From a virus (taxonomy: Duplodnaviria > Caudoviricetes): 24,169 bases of DNA. The position numbers and the translations under genes are program-made. The notes under the pieces are model-generated. The model was not told the DNA's origin, ran no database searches, and saw nothing but the letters and a program-made list of their open reading frames with translations. Positions within the stretch are counted from its first letter, which is position 1; each line of letters starts with the position of its first letter. Where the stretch lies: IMG/VR virus record IMGVR_UViG_3300028025_005561, positions 1 to 24,169 of that record; one strand, given 5' to 3'. Below are positions 1 through 7,274 of this stretch, piece after piece.

Positions 1-1
1 A

Positions 2-412
2 ATGCAAATCTTCCTCCCATATCCTGACATCGAACAAAGCGCTCGCGTACTAGACACCCAGCGCCTCATGAAACAACGCGTCGAGTCTCTTCAAATCCTC
101 AACACCCTACAAGGTAAGTCACAGGGCTGGCGCAGTCATCCTGCCGTCAAGATGGTCAAGCCTTATCAAGCATGGCTCTGTTTATATAGCATCAAGATCT
201 GCCAAGAAGCTCGCCGCCGTGGCTATGTTGACAATCTTCTTCCTCATTTCGAACGAGAGATCCTAACATATCCTTACATCATCCAGCCTCATTGGCTTGG
301 CTCTTATCTCCACACCACACACAAGAGCAACCTAATCCGGAAGAAGGCTGACTACTACAAGCCACACTTCCCAAACATACCAGACAACCTTCCCTATTTC
401 TGGCCATCCTAA
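2..412 (+). CDS. Pyrimidine dimer DNA glycosylase / endonuclease V-like protein (MSMEG_6728-like family)
   Basis: N-terminal MQIFLPYPD..SARVLD..RL.KQRVE.LQIL, GWRSHPAVKM and C-terminal HKSNLIRK..DYY...F...P..LPYFWP match the family pattern. Confidence 0.85.
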   Translation: MQIFLPYPDIEQSARVLDTQRLMKQRVESLQILNTLQGKSQGWRSHPAVKMVKPYQAWLCLYSIKICQEARRRGYVDNLLPHFEREILTYPYIIQPHWLGSYLHTTHKSNLIRKKADYYKPHFPNIPDNLPYFWPS

Positions 413-413
413 T

Positions 414-860
414 ATGAAATCTCTTATGCTCTCTATGGTATTCTTCACAACAGAGATAACACTGATCGCACTGCAGCAAGACTTCGACGCCAAGCTCAGA
501 GCGATCAGCCAGATCGAATCTAATGACAACGACAAAGCGAAAGGACGACACGGTGAAATCTCTCGATACCAACTCAAGCGCGCAGTCTGGAAGCAACACT
601 TCCCTTCTGAAAAAGATAGCCGCCATATTCCAGCCGAGGCGCGGCGCTGTGCTAAGGCGCATCTATGCTGGCTTGAACTCAGACTCTGCCTTATTAAACA
701 CACAAAAGATCCAAACCCAAGGGATGTTTACGCCGCATGGAATCTCGGACTTGAAGCTTTCTCGCGACGAGATTACAACTTTGATAGACTCCCACCTAGT
801 ATCAAACAAAGAGCGGACAGATTTGCAAACCTATATGCAGAACTTAGAAACAGTCAATGA
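414..860 (+). CDS. Lysozyme-like / lytic transglycosylase (SLT-like) protein with hydrophobic N-terminus
   Basis: AISQIES (catalytic Glu helix), GEISRYQL, YAAWNLG (AYNxG-like); hydrophobic first ~20 aa. Confidence 0.7.
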   Translation: MKSLMLSMVFFTTEITLIALQQDFDAKLRAISQIESNDNDKAKGRHGEISRYQLKRAVWKQHFPSEKDSRHIPAEARRCAKAHLCWLELRLCLIKHTKDPNPRDVYAAWNLGLEAFSRRDYNFDRLPPSIKQRADRFANLYAELRNSQ

Positions 861-861
861 T

Positions 862-1074
862 ATGAAAGCCAGCACATCAGAAAACGCAGGAGTAACATAC
901 GCATCCTCCAGAGAAGAAGTCAATCCTCCAAAGGAACATTACTTCTACTGCTACAAATACAGCATGCATGGCGCATGGTTCTCGACCATGCTCTATGACA
1001 CGCCAGAGAAAGCCGCCGAGAGCATGACCGATAAGGCAATCATCCGTACGAAACTCTGTTGTGTTGTTCTATGA
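862..1074 (+). CDS. Small hypothetical protein (paralog of the next ORF)
   Basis: ATG at 862 just after the upstream stop at 860; C-terminal part of the 523..1074 ORF; shares YFYxYK, W, PExA and KLC with 1071..1274. Confidence 0.7.
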   Translation: MKASTSENAGVTYASSREEVNPPKEHYFYCYKYSMHGAWFSTMLYDTPEKAAESMTDKAIIRTKLCCVVL

Positions 1075-1274
1075 AAATTATACTCGGCTGTGTTCTTCCA
1101 GATCCGCTGCCAGAATCCAAGACATATTACTTCTATGTCTATAAACAAAGCCGAGATGGCTGTGGCGATTGGGCAAGTCTAGGATTAGCCACTAGCCCTG
1201 AGCAAGCAGAGCGAGACGCACAAGCAGCACTCGTTGGCTTCCCACGCAAACTCTGTTCTATCACAATATCATGA
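1071..1274 (+). CDS. Small hypothetical protein (paralog of the previous ORF)
   Basis: ATGA start/stop overlaps with both neighbours (1071-1074 and 1271-1274). Confidence 0.7.
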   Translation: MKIILGCVLPDPLPESKTYYFYVYKQSRDGCGDWASLGLATSPEQAERDAQAALVGFPRKLCSITIS

Positions 1275-1492
1275 GCAATTCCTCCCTCAACGAACTCGAT
1301 CTCTTACTGGGCCTACCAAAACCCGTCGAAGAGATGACAGACAAAGAACTCGAACGCTTTCTTCTCAAGCACTTCCCACACACGAGACCAAGCGGCACCG
1401 ATCTCGCTTCCCTCCTTAACGATCCCTTACTTAAAGGCATAGACGTTCAAGCTATCATTAATCAAACTCAAAACTTTAAGTTTAAGAAGTGA
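1271..1492 (+). CDS. Hypothetical protein
   Basis: Coupled by ATGA/GTGA overlaps on both sides; 73 aa. Confidence 0.7.
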   Translation: MSNSSLNELDLLLGLPKPVEEMTDKELERFLLKHFPHTRPSGTDLASLLNDPLLKGIDVQAIINQTQNFKFKK

Positions 1493-1674
1493 AAGCTCTG
1501 AAGAAAAAACGCACAGGTCGGCCCGGCATACCAGTGATCTGTCTTGAGACAGGTAAAGAATATCCTTCAGCCACAGCGGCGGCCAGAGAACTCAAAGTAA
1601 ATCTTGCCGCCGTGTCTCAGCAAATCTATCGCGGCCAAAAGTGCCGGGGCTTTACTTTCAAATATAAAAAATAA
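1489..1674 (+). CDS. Stand-alone NUMOD1/IENR1-like helix-turn-helix DNA-binding protein
   Basis: PVICLETGKEYPSATAAARELKVN..AVSQ.I.RG...RGFTFKY is the NUMOD1-type pattern of homing endonuclease C-termini; GTG start overlapping upstream TGA. Confidence 0.7.
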   Translation: MKALKKKRTGRPGIPVICLETGKEYPSATAAARELKVNLAAVSQQIYRGQKCRGFTFKYKK

Positions 1675-1679
1675 TCTTT

Positions 1680-1775
1680 AGCTACCCAGCACGTGCAAGC
1701 TGTTCTTGCATAGGAGTTTTACGGTTCTCCTAGGACGGCGTGCTGGGTAGCTTTTCTTTTCTTTCTTTTCTTTTC
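1680..1775 (+). other. Three-way-junction structured element followed by a pyrimidine tract (candidate ncRNA, terminator or origin)
   Basis: Perfect 14-bp inverted repeat 1680-1693/1739-1752 enclosing hairpins TGCAAG/CTTGCA (1694-1710) and TAGGAG/CTCCTA (1711-1732), then a T/C tract. Confidence 0.65.
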
Positions 1776-1789
1776 CCTTAATAAATAAT

Positions 1790-2716
1790 ATGAACTTAAC
1801 CTACAAAGACCTCCCTCATGAAGGTATTCCCGCAGTCATTCCCATTAATGCCAGCGGCCTAAAGATCTCAGCCTGTCCGCGCCGTTGGTTTCTTACAGTC
1901 TTCCTCGGCCTCAAGCCTAAAGAGGACATCACCGTTCTCACCGTCGGCAAGATCATTCACAAGTTCGCAGAGAACATTGCCTTCGACCGCAGCGGAGAGA
2001 AGTGGCAAGAGGCTTGTCTCGACGCGTTCAAGTCCGCAAAGGATAAGAACCTGCCGAACAAGGATCAAGATCAGATCAAGAAAGCTCTCACCGTTGCGCC
2101 CTTGCAGCAACTCCCGACGCCTTTGAAATTCGGCGACAATCGCGGCGCTGAGTTCCACTTCAACTTTCCCATCGTAGAGCATCCCGCCTTTGCCTATGTC
2201 GGAACGGTTGATCTTCTCTCCATAACCCCAGCCGGAATCCTTCAGATCACCGACTATAAAACCACACGCAAGTACGCATTCAAAGATGCGGTCGCGGGCT
2301 ACGAAGGCGACACTCAGTTCTCTTTCTACTACTATATCTTCCAGCGCTTTGCATATGAGATATTCAAAGACGACATCAACTACGCCAACGCTGCGTGGTA
2401 CCGTCGCATGGTGATTCGTACTCTTGTCGTGCAGATCTCTTTGCCTTCTCCAGCTTGGCGCACCGGTCCCGATTGGAGTTTCTCTGCAGAGCAACTAGAG
2501 GAGTTCGGTGTGGAGTTAAAACAAAGAATCGAACTCTTCTCTAAGCATATCAATCAAGCTATGGCTCACGACAAGCTTCCTCCGCCCACAGGCAAGCTAA
2601 CCAACTCTTGCCCGAGTTGCCCATTCAAACGCCTATGCTTTGCAGATAACTCCACGCAAGTCGAACTCTTCCTCTCTGAGTGCGACATCGTGAAGTATGA
2701 ACCCCTTTCTTGGTAA
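1790..2716 (+). CDS. PD-(D/E)XK exonuclease, Cas4/RecB-like, with probable Fe-S cluster
   Basis: SACPRR (Cys1), GKIIHKFAE, GTVDLL, ITDYKTT, Q..FY, C-terminal CPSCPFKRLC. Confidence 0.88.
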   Translation: MNLTYKDLPHEGIPAVIPINASGLKISACPRRWFLTVFLGLKPKEDITVLTVGKIIHKFAENIAFDRSGEKWQEACLDAFKSAKDKNLPNKDQDQIKKALTVAPLQQLPTPLKFGDNRGAEFHFNFPIVEHPAFAYVGTVDLLSITPAGILQITDYKTTRKYAFKDAVAGYEGDTQFSFYYYIFQRFAYEIFKDDINYANAAWYRRMVIRTLVVQISLPSPAWRTGPDWSFSAEQLEEFGVELKQRIELFSKHINQAMAHDKLPPPTGKLTNSCPSCPFKRLCFADNSTQVELFLSECDIVKYEPLSW

Positions 2717-2736
2717 TGTAGCCAAGCTTAAATAAA

Positions 2737-3438
2737 ATGGAAACACAACAAACATCCCCAACAAAACCACAGTGGCCCAAGACTCTGATCGCTCTCGTCG
2801 GTCCGAGCGGCGCAGGTAAGTCTACATCATTCCGCAATGTAGATCCCACCAGAACGATCATCCTTGACGCAGAGCGAAAGGGTATGCCTTTCCGCGTCCG
2901 CGATGAGAAGCTCGTCGTCCCGATTGACAGCTATGATAAGCTGACGCTTGAACTGAATAAGATCAAGAAAGACACCACGAAAGACTTGGTCGTCATTGAC
3001 TCAATCACCGCGGCCATCGACCAACTGCAGGTCAAGTGCGAGCAGATTTATAAGGGCTTTGATATCTGGAAGAACTACAATGACGACATCCAGACTCTCT
3101 GCACTAATCTCAAAAGCCTAGACAAGACTGTCATCATCACGGGGTTAGAGGAAATTGTCCCCATTCAAGGTCTCGACGGCAGCATGACCACGCGCCGCCG
3201 TCTCTACGTGCAAGGTAAAGAGTGGGCAAACAAAGGCATCGAGTCAGAGTGCCTCGCGGTCTGGTCCGTGTATGCGAAGAAAGAAAAAGGCAGCGACAAC
3301 ATCCAATACTTCTTCGCCACGCAGACCGATGGCGTGACCACCGCAAAGACTCCTATCTTCTGGGGTCTTCCGAATCCGATGGAGAATTGTGTGGTGAAAG
3401 CCCTCAATAAAATCGCCCAAGAACTTGCTAAACCTTAA
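2737..3438 (+). CDS. AAA_24 family ATPase (Sak4-like single-strand annealing protein)
   Basis: Walker A GPSGAGKST, ILDAE, Walker B LVVIDSIT, AKTP near the C-terminus; position between exonuclease and SSB. Confidence 0.82.
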   Translation: METQQTSPTKPQWPKTLIALVGPSGAGKSTSFRNVDPTRTIILDAERKGMPFRVRDEKLVVPIDSYDKLTLELNKIKKDTTKDLVVIDSITAAIDQLQVKCEQIYKGFDIWKNYNDDIQTLCTNLKSLDKTVIITGLEEIVPIQGLDGSMTTRRRLYVQGKEWANKGIESECLAVWSVYAKKEKGSDNIQYFFATQTDGVTTAKTPIFWGLPNPMENCVVKALNKIAQELAKP

Positions 3439-3449
3439 ACCTAAAAATT

Positions 3450-3692
3450 ATGAGCGAACAAACTGAACCCAAACTATATCCCGAACAAGAAGCCGAGATC
3501 CGAGTGATTCTCAAAGTCAAGCAGAACTCTGACGGCAGTGTTACGGGTTATGTCTATAGCTTCGACATCAATAACTATGAAGGTCTTATTCCGAACGTGA
3601 CTAACCTAGTCCGAGATCACTACTTTCAGTATGCTACAGATACGATGCTCGAAGTAACGATTGATAATATTCTTAAAAGCAGAGTTAGATAA
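3450..3692 (+). CDS. Hypothetical protein
   Basis: 80-aa ORF filling the gap; A-rich upstream region. Confidence 0.65.
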   Translation: MSEQTEPKLYPEQEAEIRVILKVKQNSDGSVTGYVYSFDINNYEGLIPNVTNLVRDHYFQYATDTMLEVTIDNILKSRVR

Positions 3693-3730
3693 TACGGCAC
3701 ACCAAAAGCTCCCTCCCATTTGTCGGTCGC

Positions 3731-3760
3731 AGAATAACAAACAAACAAACAAAACATAAA
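3731..3760 (+). promoter_or_regulatory. A/C-rich (ACAA)n unstructured translation initiation region
   Basis: agaataacaaacaaacaaacaaaacataaa directly before the ATG at 3761; no Shine-Dalgarno. Confidence 0.45.
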
Positions 3761-4276
3761 ATGAAAAAAGGTACTGAAGTCAAGCTCGGATTCATCCCCG
3801 CCAACGTGTATAAGGTTCTCGTCCACAAGACCGAGGCCCGTCAGAGCGGTAAGGGTTTCAAGATGGTTGTCTGTGAGTGCGAGATCATCGCGCCCGAGAC
3901 CGCTGTCGCCGCCGGCACCACCTACAAGACCCTCGGTGCAAAGGGCAACATGTACATCATGCTGGAGAACAAGAACGGCGTTGACTCCGCTCTCGAACTT
4001 CTCGCCACTGCGCTCCAAACCGTCGGCCTGTATGACGGCCTGCCCGAAGACTACAACGAGATCGACGTGGCCGACGCGCTCAAGACCCTCGAAGGTCAAG
4101 CCTTCAACATGCTCGTTCAGTCGCAGCCTGAGTACGTCAGCGACGACCCGTCGAACTCTCGCGACCTGAAGTTCGCCAAGCGCGACGAGAACGGCGAGGC
4201 TATCATCAAGCGCTACAACACCCAGTTTGACTTCTCTCAAGTCAAGGGCGTGGCGTCTCCCATCGCAGCCTTTTAA
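3761..4276 (+). CDS. Putative single-stranded DNA-binding protein (DUF669-like)
   Basis: IPANVYKVLV..TE...S.KG..MVV.E.EI beta-rich start; acidic; ends in Phe; strong C-ending codon bias; follows the Sak4-like gene. Confidence 0.65.
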   Translation: MKKGTEVKLGFIPANVYKVLVHKTEARQSGKGFKMVVCECEIIAPETAVAAGTTYKTLGAKGNMYIMLENKNGVDSALELLATALQTVGLYDGLPEDYNEIDVADALKTLEGQAFNMLVQSQPEYVSDDPSNSRDLKFAKRDENGEAIIKRYNTQFDFSQVKGVASPIAAF

Positions 4277-4313
4277 GTCTCTTGATGGAGTGGTTGCCAT
4301 CATAGAGACATGC

Positions 4314-4352
4314 GCCTCTTAGAAAGACCGCGAGACTTTCTAAGAGGTTTTT
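4314..4352 (+). terminator. Intrinsic terminator after the SSB gene
   Basis: CCTCTTAGAAAG (4315-4326) / CTTTCTAAGAGG (4336-4347) 12-bp stem followed by TTTTT. Confidence 0.7.
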
Positions 4353-4382
4353 CCTCAAGACATACATCCCACTCGCACCGCT

Positions 4383-4413
4383 GGCAGACCGGAAATAGTC
4401 TGCCTTTTCTTTT
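4383..4413 (+). terminator. Second terminator-like hairpin upstream of the polymerase gene
   Basis: GGCAGAC (4383-4389) / GTCTGCC (4398-4404) followed by TTTTCTTTT. Confidence 0.5.
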
Positions 4414-4433
4414 CTCTATAAATAACCCTCAAC

Positions 4434-5867
4434 ATGATAGCCCTCGTTCTCCATGGACCCTCGCGATTTGATAAAGAAAACAACGGCATCCTTCTCGGAC
4501 CCGCCGGAGATTTTGTTCGTTCTGTGTTGGCTAATCATAATCTTGACCTGGATAATCCATCTGATATTTTTATAACCTTTGCCGACGATTTCTTTCGTGG
4601 TTCTAATCCAAAGCCAAGCGGCATAACGAAGATCATCTTCGCCGGAGCTAAGGCGCTAGAGTTTCTCCCCGCCGCCAAAGACAAAAGCCTCGACGCTTTT
4701 CGCGGCGTAGTTTACACCTCACCAAACAAAACCCAATACATCGTAACCTATTGGCCTCAGGATTGTGTTGACGCTTGGGGCATGGAAGACGCGCTCGAAG
4801 GCGAAGGCGACGGCGACGATATCCTAGATAAGGATGATGGCAAGAGTACCTCGCCCACGAAGCGATCTAACTATAGCTTTTGGTTCGCACAAGACATAAA
4901 GAAACTCCTTACTTATGACTCCCAAAAAGTTCAACCTGAAATACAACCCGTCGTCTGCTCCCGAAGCGAAGAAGCCCTCAGAGTATTTAACCACGAAGGA
5001 CCCATTTTCTTCGACATTGAGACCCATCCCAAGACCAATACCCTCACCTGCCTCGCCATCGCGTGCGGAGATAGCCCTGTTTATTCTGTCCCTATTTATG
5101 ATTGGGGCGGTAATCTTAACGTGGGTGTGGTGTTTTTTGCACGTTTCATAAGAGAACTAAAGAAGCGCAGGGTCGTCATACACAACGCCCTCTTCGATCT
5201 CTGCTTCCTCGCCGCCTTCTACAAAATCCCCTTCGGCAATGATATCTATGACACCATGGTCGCCGGTCATAGGATCTATCCCGAGGCCGAGAAGTCTCTT
5301 GCCCATCAAGCCACTCTCTTTTCCAATCGACCCTTTCACAAAGATGAAGCAGGAAACTTTGATCCTCGAAATCGAGCACAATTTGAGCAGCTCCGCGCTT
5401 ACAATGTTAAAGACGTTATTGTCCTCCGAGAGATTTACTATGGTCAGATTGACCTCATCTCAAGGGACCGTGGACTTCAAGACTCGGTCGATCAAGCCAG
5501 TCGATCGCTCGCAGACTATGCCTTCATGTCCCTCCACGGAATGCACTTCGACCCCGTCAAGCGGGGCTATATCGTAAGGAAGTGTGAAGATCGCTATAAA
5601 CAACTCAACCGCGTCTTGAGAATACTGGTCGGATTTGACCTCAATCCCGGCAGCCCGGATCAAGTTGTCAAATATCTGCACGAACAACTAAGATATAAAC
5701 CAGAGAAGACAACAGACAAAGGCTCGCCCTCGGTCGCCGGGGATGCTTTGTACAAAATAAAACTCAAGCATCCAAAGAACGTGGCCATTGATGTGATCTT
5801 CGAGATGCGTCGTATGGTTAAGCTGAAAGGTATGTTAGGATTTCAACAGTGGATTTGGGAATATTAA
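4434..5867 (+). CDS. polA: DNA polymerase family A, N-terminal part (UDG-like domain, 3'-5' exonuclease, thumb)
   Basis: ExoI FFDIET, ExoII HNALFD, YDTM, ExoIII YNVKD; thumb LHGMHFD..., NPGSPDQV..YL, KTT.KG.PSV, R.M.KL; N-terminus resembles family-4 UDG (GPAG, IFIT, AGAKA, FRG, TYWP). Confidence 0.88.
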   Translation: MIALVLHGPSRFDKENNGILLGPAGDFVRSVLANHNLDLDNPSDIFITFADDFFRGSNPKPSGITKIIFAGAKALEFLPAAKDKSLDAFRGVVYTSPNKTQYIVTYWPQDCVDAWGMEDALEGEGDGDDILDKDDGKSTSPTKRSNYSFWFAQDIKKLLTYDSQKVQPEIQPVVCSRSEEALRVFNHEGPIFFDIETHPKTNTLTCLAIACGDSPVYSVPIYDWGGNLNVGVVFFARFIRELKKRRVVIHNALFDLCFLAAFYKIPFGNDIYDTMVAGHRIYPEAEKSLAHQATLFSNRPFHKDEAGNFDPRNRAQFEQLRAYNVKDVIVLREIYYGQIDLISRDRGLQDSVDQASRSLADYAFMSLHGMHFDPVKRGYIVRKCEDRYKQLNRVLRILVGFDLNPGSPDQVVKYLHEQLRYKPEKTTDKGSPSVAGDALYKIKLKHPKNVAIDVIFEMRRMVKLKGMLGFQQWIWEY

Positions 5868-5871
5868 TTTT

Positions 5872-6720
5872 ATGAAAGATACAAAAGAAAAAGACCCACA
5901 AATCGCAGCCTCCTTTATGCGCGCTGGGATTTATGATGCGTCAAAGTTTGGCCACGTGGTCTCGATGCCTAAGCTGAATGGCTTGAGGTGTATGTACATT
6001 CCTCAAAGGGGCTTCTTCTCACGCGACGGCAAGCGGTGGAATGATGCCGTCCTTGCACATATCATCCCGCCCACGACAGACTATATCCTTGATGGCGAGT
6101 TGTATTGTCACAGCATGAGTCTGCAGAAGATCAATGCCGCCGTTGGGGTCAACAGAATCGAAGCCGGACCATATGCAGAAGTTATCGAATTTCGAGCATT
6201 TGATCTTGTTGAGCCTAAGTATAATGCTTTAACAAGAATGCTCTTGCTTGATAAGATCTTTGCCGATAGCAAAGGCAAGACAGCTAATATACGCCCAATT
6301 CACTGGTCTATTTGCAAGACCCGGATCGAGTTGGATATGTGCTATCACGACTATCTCGACCAAGGCTATGAAGGCCAAATGCTCAAGAGCGTCTTCGGAT
6401 CTTATCTTCCTCAAGGCCCGAAGGAGCGCACGACGATGAACCTTCAGAAGCGCAAAGCCTTTCTCGACGCAGAGTTTGAGTGCATTGGAAGGGTTATATC
6501 CCAAGAGGGCAAATGCGCTGGAAAACTAGGCGCGTTGAAGTTCATCACCAACAGAGGCGTGACATTCGAAGTCGGCACAGGCTTTACGGATGAGGAGCGC
6601 GAAGAGTATATCACACCCAACTATCACTTCCAACGCAAGGCCACTATCAAATATCTCAACCTCACAGACGACGGCCGCCCTTTCAATGCGTCGTTCGTTG
6701 GATGGCGAGATGACGCTTAA
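5872..6720 (+). CDS. ATP-dependent DNA ligase (minimal adenylation + OB domain)
   Basis: Motif I KLNGLR, III LDGELY, IIIa AFDL, IV EGQMLK, V KRK...DAE, OB-domain VGTGFTDEER. Confidence 0.92.
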   Translation: MKDTKEKDPQIAASFMRAGIYDASKFGHVVSMPKLNGLRCMYIPQRGFFSRDGKRWNDAVLAHIIPPTTDYILDGELYCHSMSLQKINAAVGVNRIEAGPYAEVIEFRAFDLVEPKYNALTRMLLLDKIFADSKGKTANIRPIHWSICKTRIELDMCYHDYLDQGYEGQMLKSVFGSYLPQGPKERTTMNLQKRKAFLDAEFECIGRVISQEGKCAGKLGALKFITNRGVTFEVGTGFTDEEREEYITPNYHFQRKATIKYLNLTDDGRPFNASFVGWRDDA

Positions 6721-6731
6721 CCTCCAACAAT

Positions 6732-7271
6732 ATGTTCACACAAAACCTACCTCGTCATCTGTATTGCTATGTCAATACAGCCTTTACACATAAAGAACCA
6801 CGCGGCCTAATGCCCGCTGTATTCTTTGCCATAACCTCAACACCCGGTCGCGCATGGGGTTGTCATGTCTTGTTAGAGAATGGCGCAGTCTATCGCAATC
6901 TGCCACCCAATGCGTTGTTCTTTGCAGAGAATAGCAACACAGATTGGCTACTTCAAGAATCTCAACATTGGGATTGTTATGGCTGGCGTTTCGCCACGAT
7001 CGAATACGAATATCTCAAAGGCCTGCGCTGCGAGGTGCGTTGCGGTGAGGATATTTATCACGGAGAATATCTCTTTACGGCCGCGCCATTTGATGACGGC
7101 TTCTCTTTAGATCCCGGACAGAATAAAGAGTTTATGTTTATCAAACTTAACAATGGCGCCCTCACGATTCAGCCTACTGATCGCGTAGTCTTTAAGGATA
7201 AGAGCTTTACTTCATTCATTGAATGGCCAAGCGGTATGAGACTCGGTGAAGAGATTTACAAAGTCGAATAA
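6732..7271 (+). CDS. Phage hypothetical protein
   Basis: 179 aa, tightly packed between neighbours; S.PGRA...HVLLENGAVY..LP..A pattern resembles conserved proteins of aquatic phages; function unknown. Confidence 0.75.
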   Translation: MFTQNLPRHLYCYVNTAFTHKEPRGLMPAVFFAITSTPGRAWGCHVLLENGAVYRNLPPNALFFAENSNTDWLLQESQHWDCYGWRFATIEYEYLKGLRCEVRCGEDIYHGEYLFTAAPFDDGFSLDPGQNKEFMFIKLNNGALTIQPTDRVVFKDKSFTSFIEWPSGMRLGEEIYKVE

Positions 7272-7274
7272 CTT

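Noticed and set aside
523-861. N-terminal extension of the 183-aa ORF 523..1074
   Set aside because: Overlaps the transglycosylase-like gene in another frame; ATG 862 gives a clean coupled gene matching its paralog
1680-1752. tRNA or hammerhead ribozyme
   Set aside because: Only two inner arms, no TTC-containing T-loop arm in the right place or CCA end, and no CUGANGA/GAAA core on either strand
1790-2716. CRISPR-Cas locus suggested by the Cas4-like protein
   Set aside because: No repeat-spacer array or other cas genes seen; the exonuclease-Sak4-SSB context indicates recombination
3626-4303. 225-aa antisense ORF, and similarly 1868..2494
   Set aside because: Shadow frames of strongly codon-biased sense genes, with no recognisable motifs
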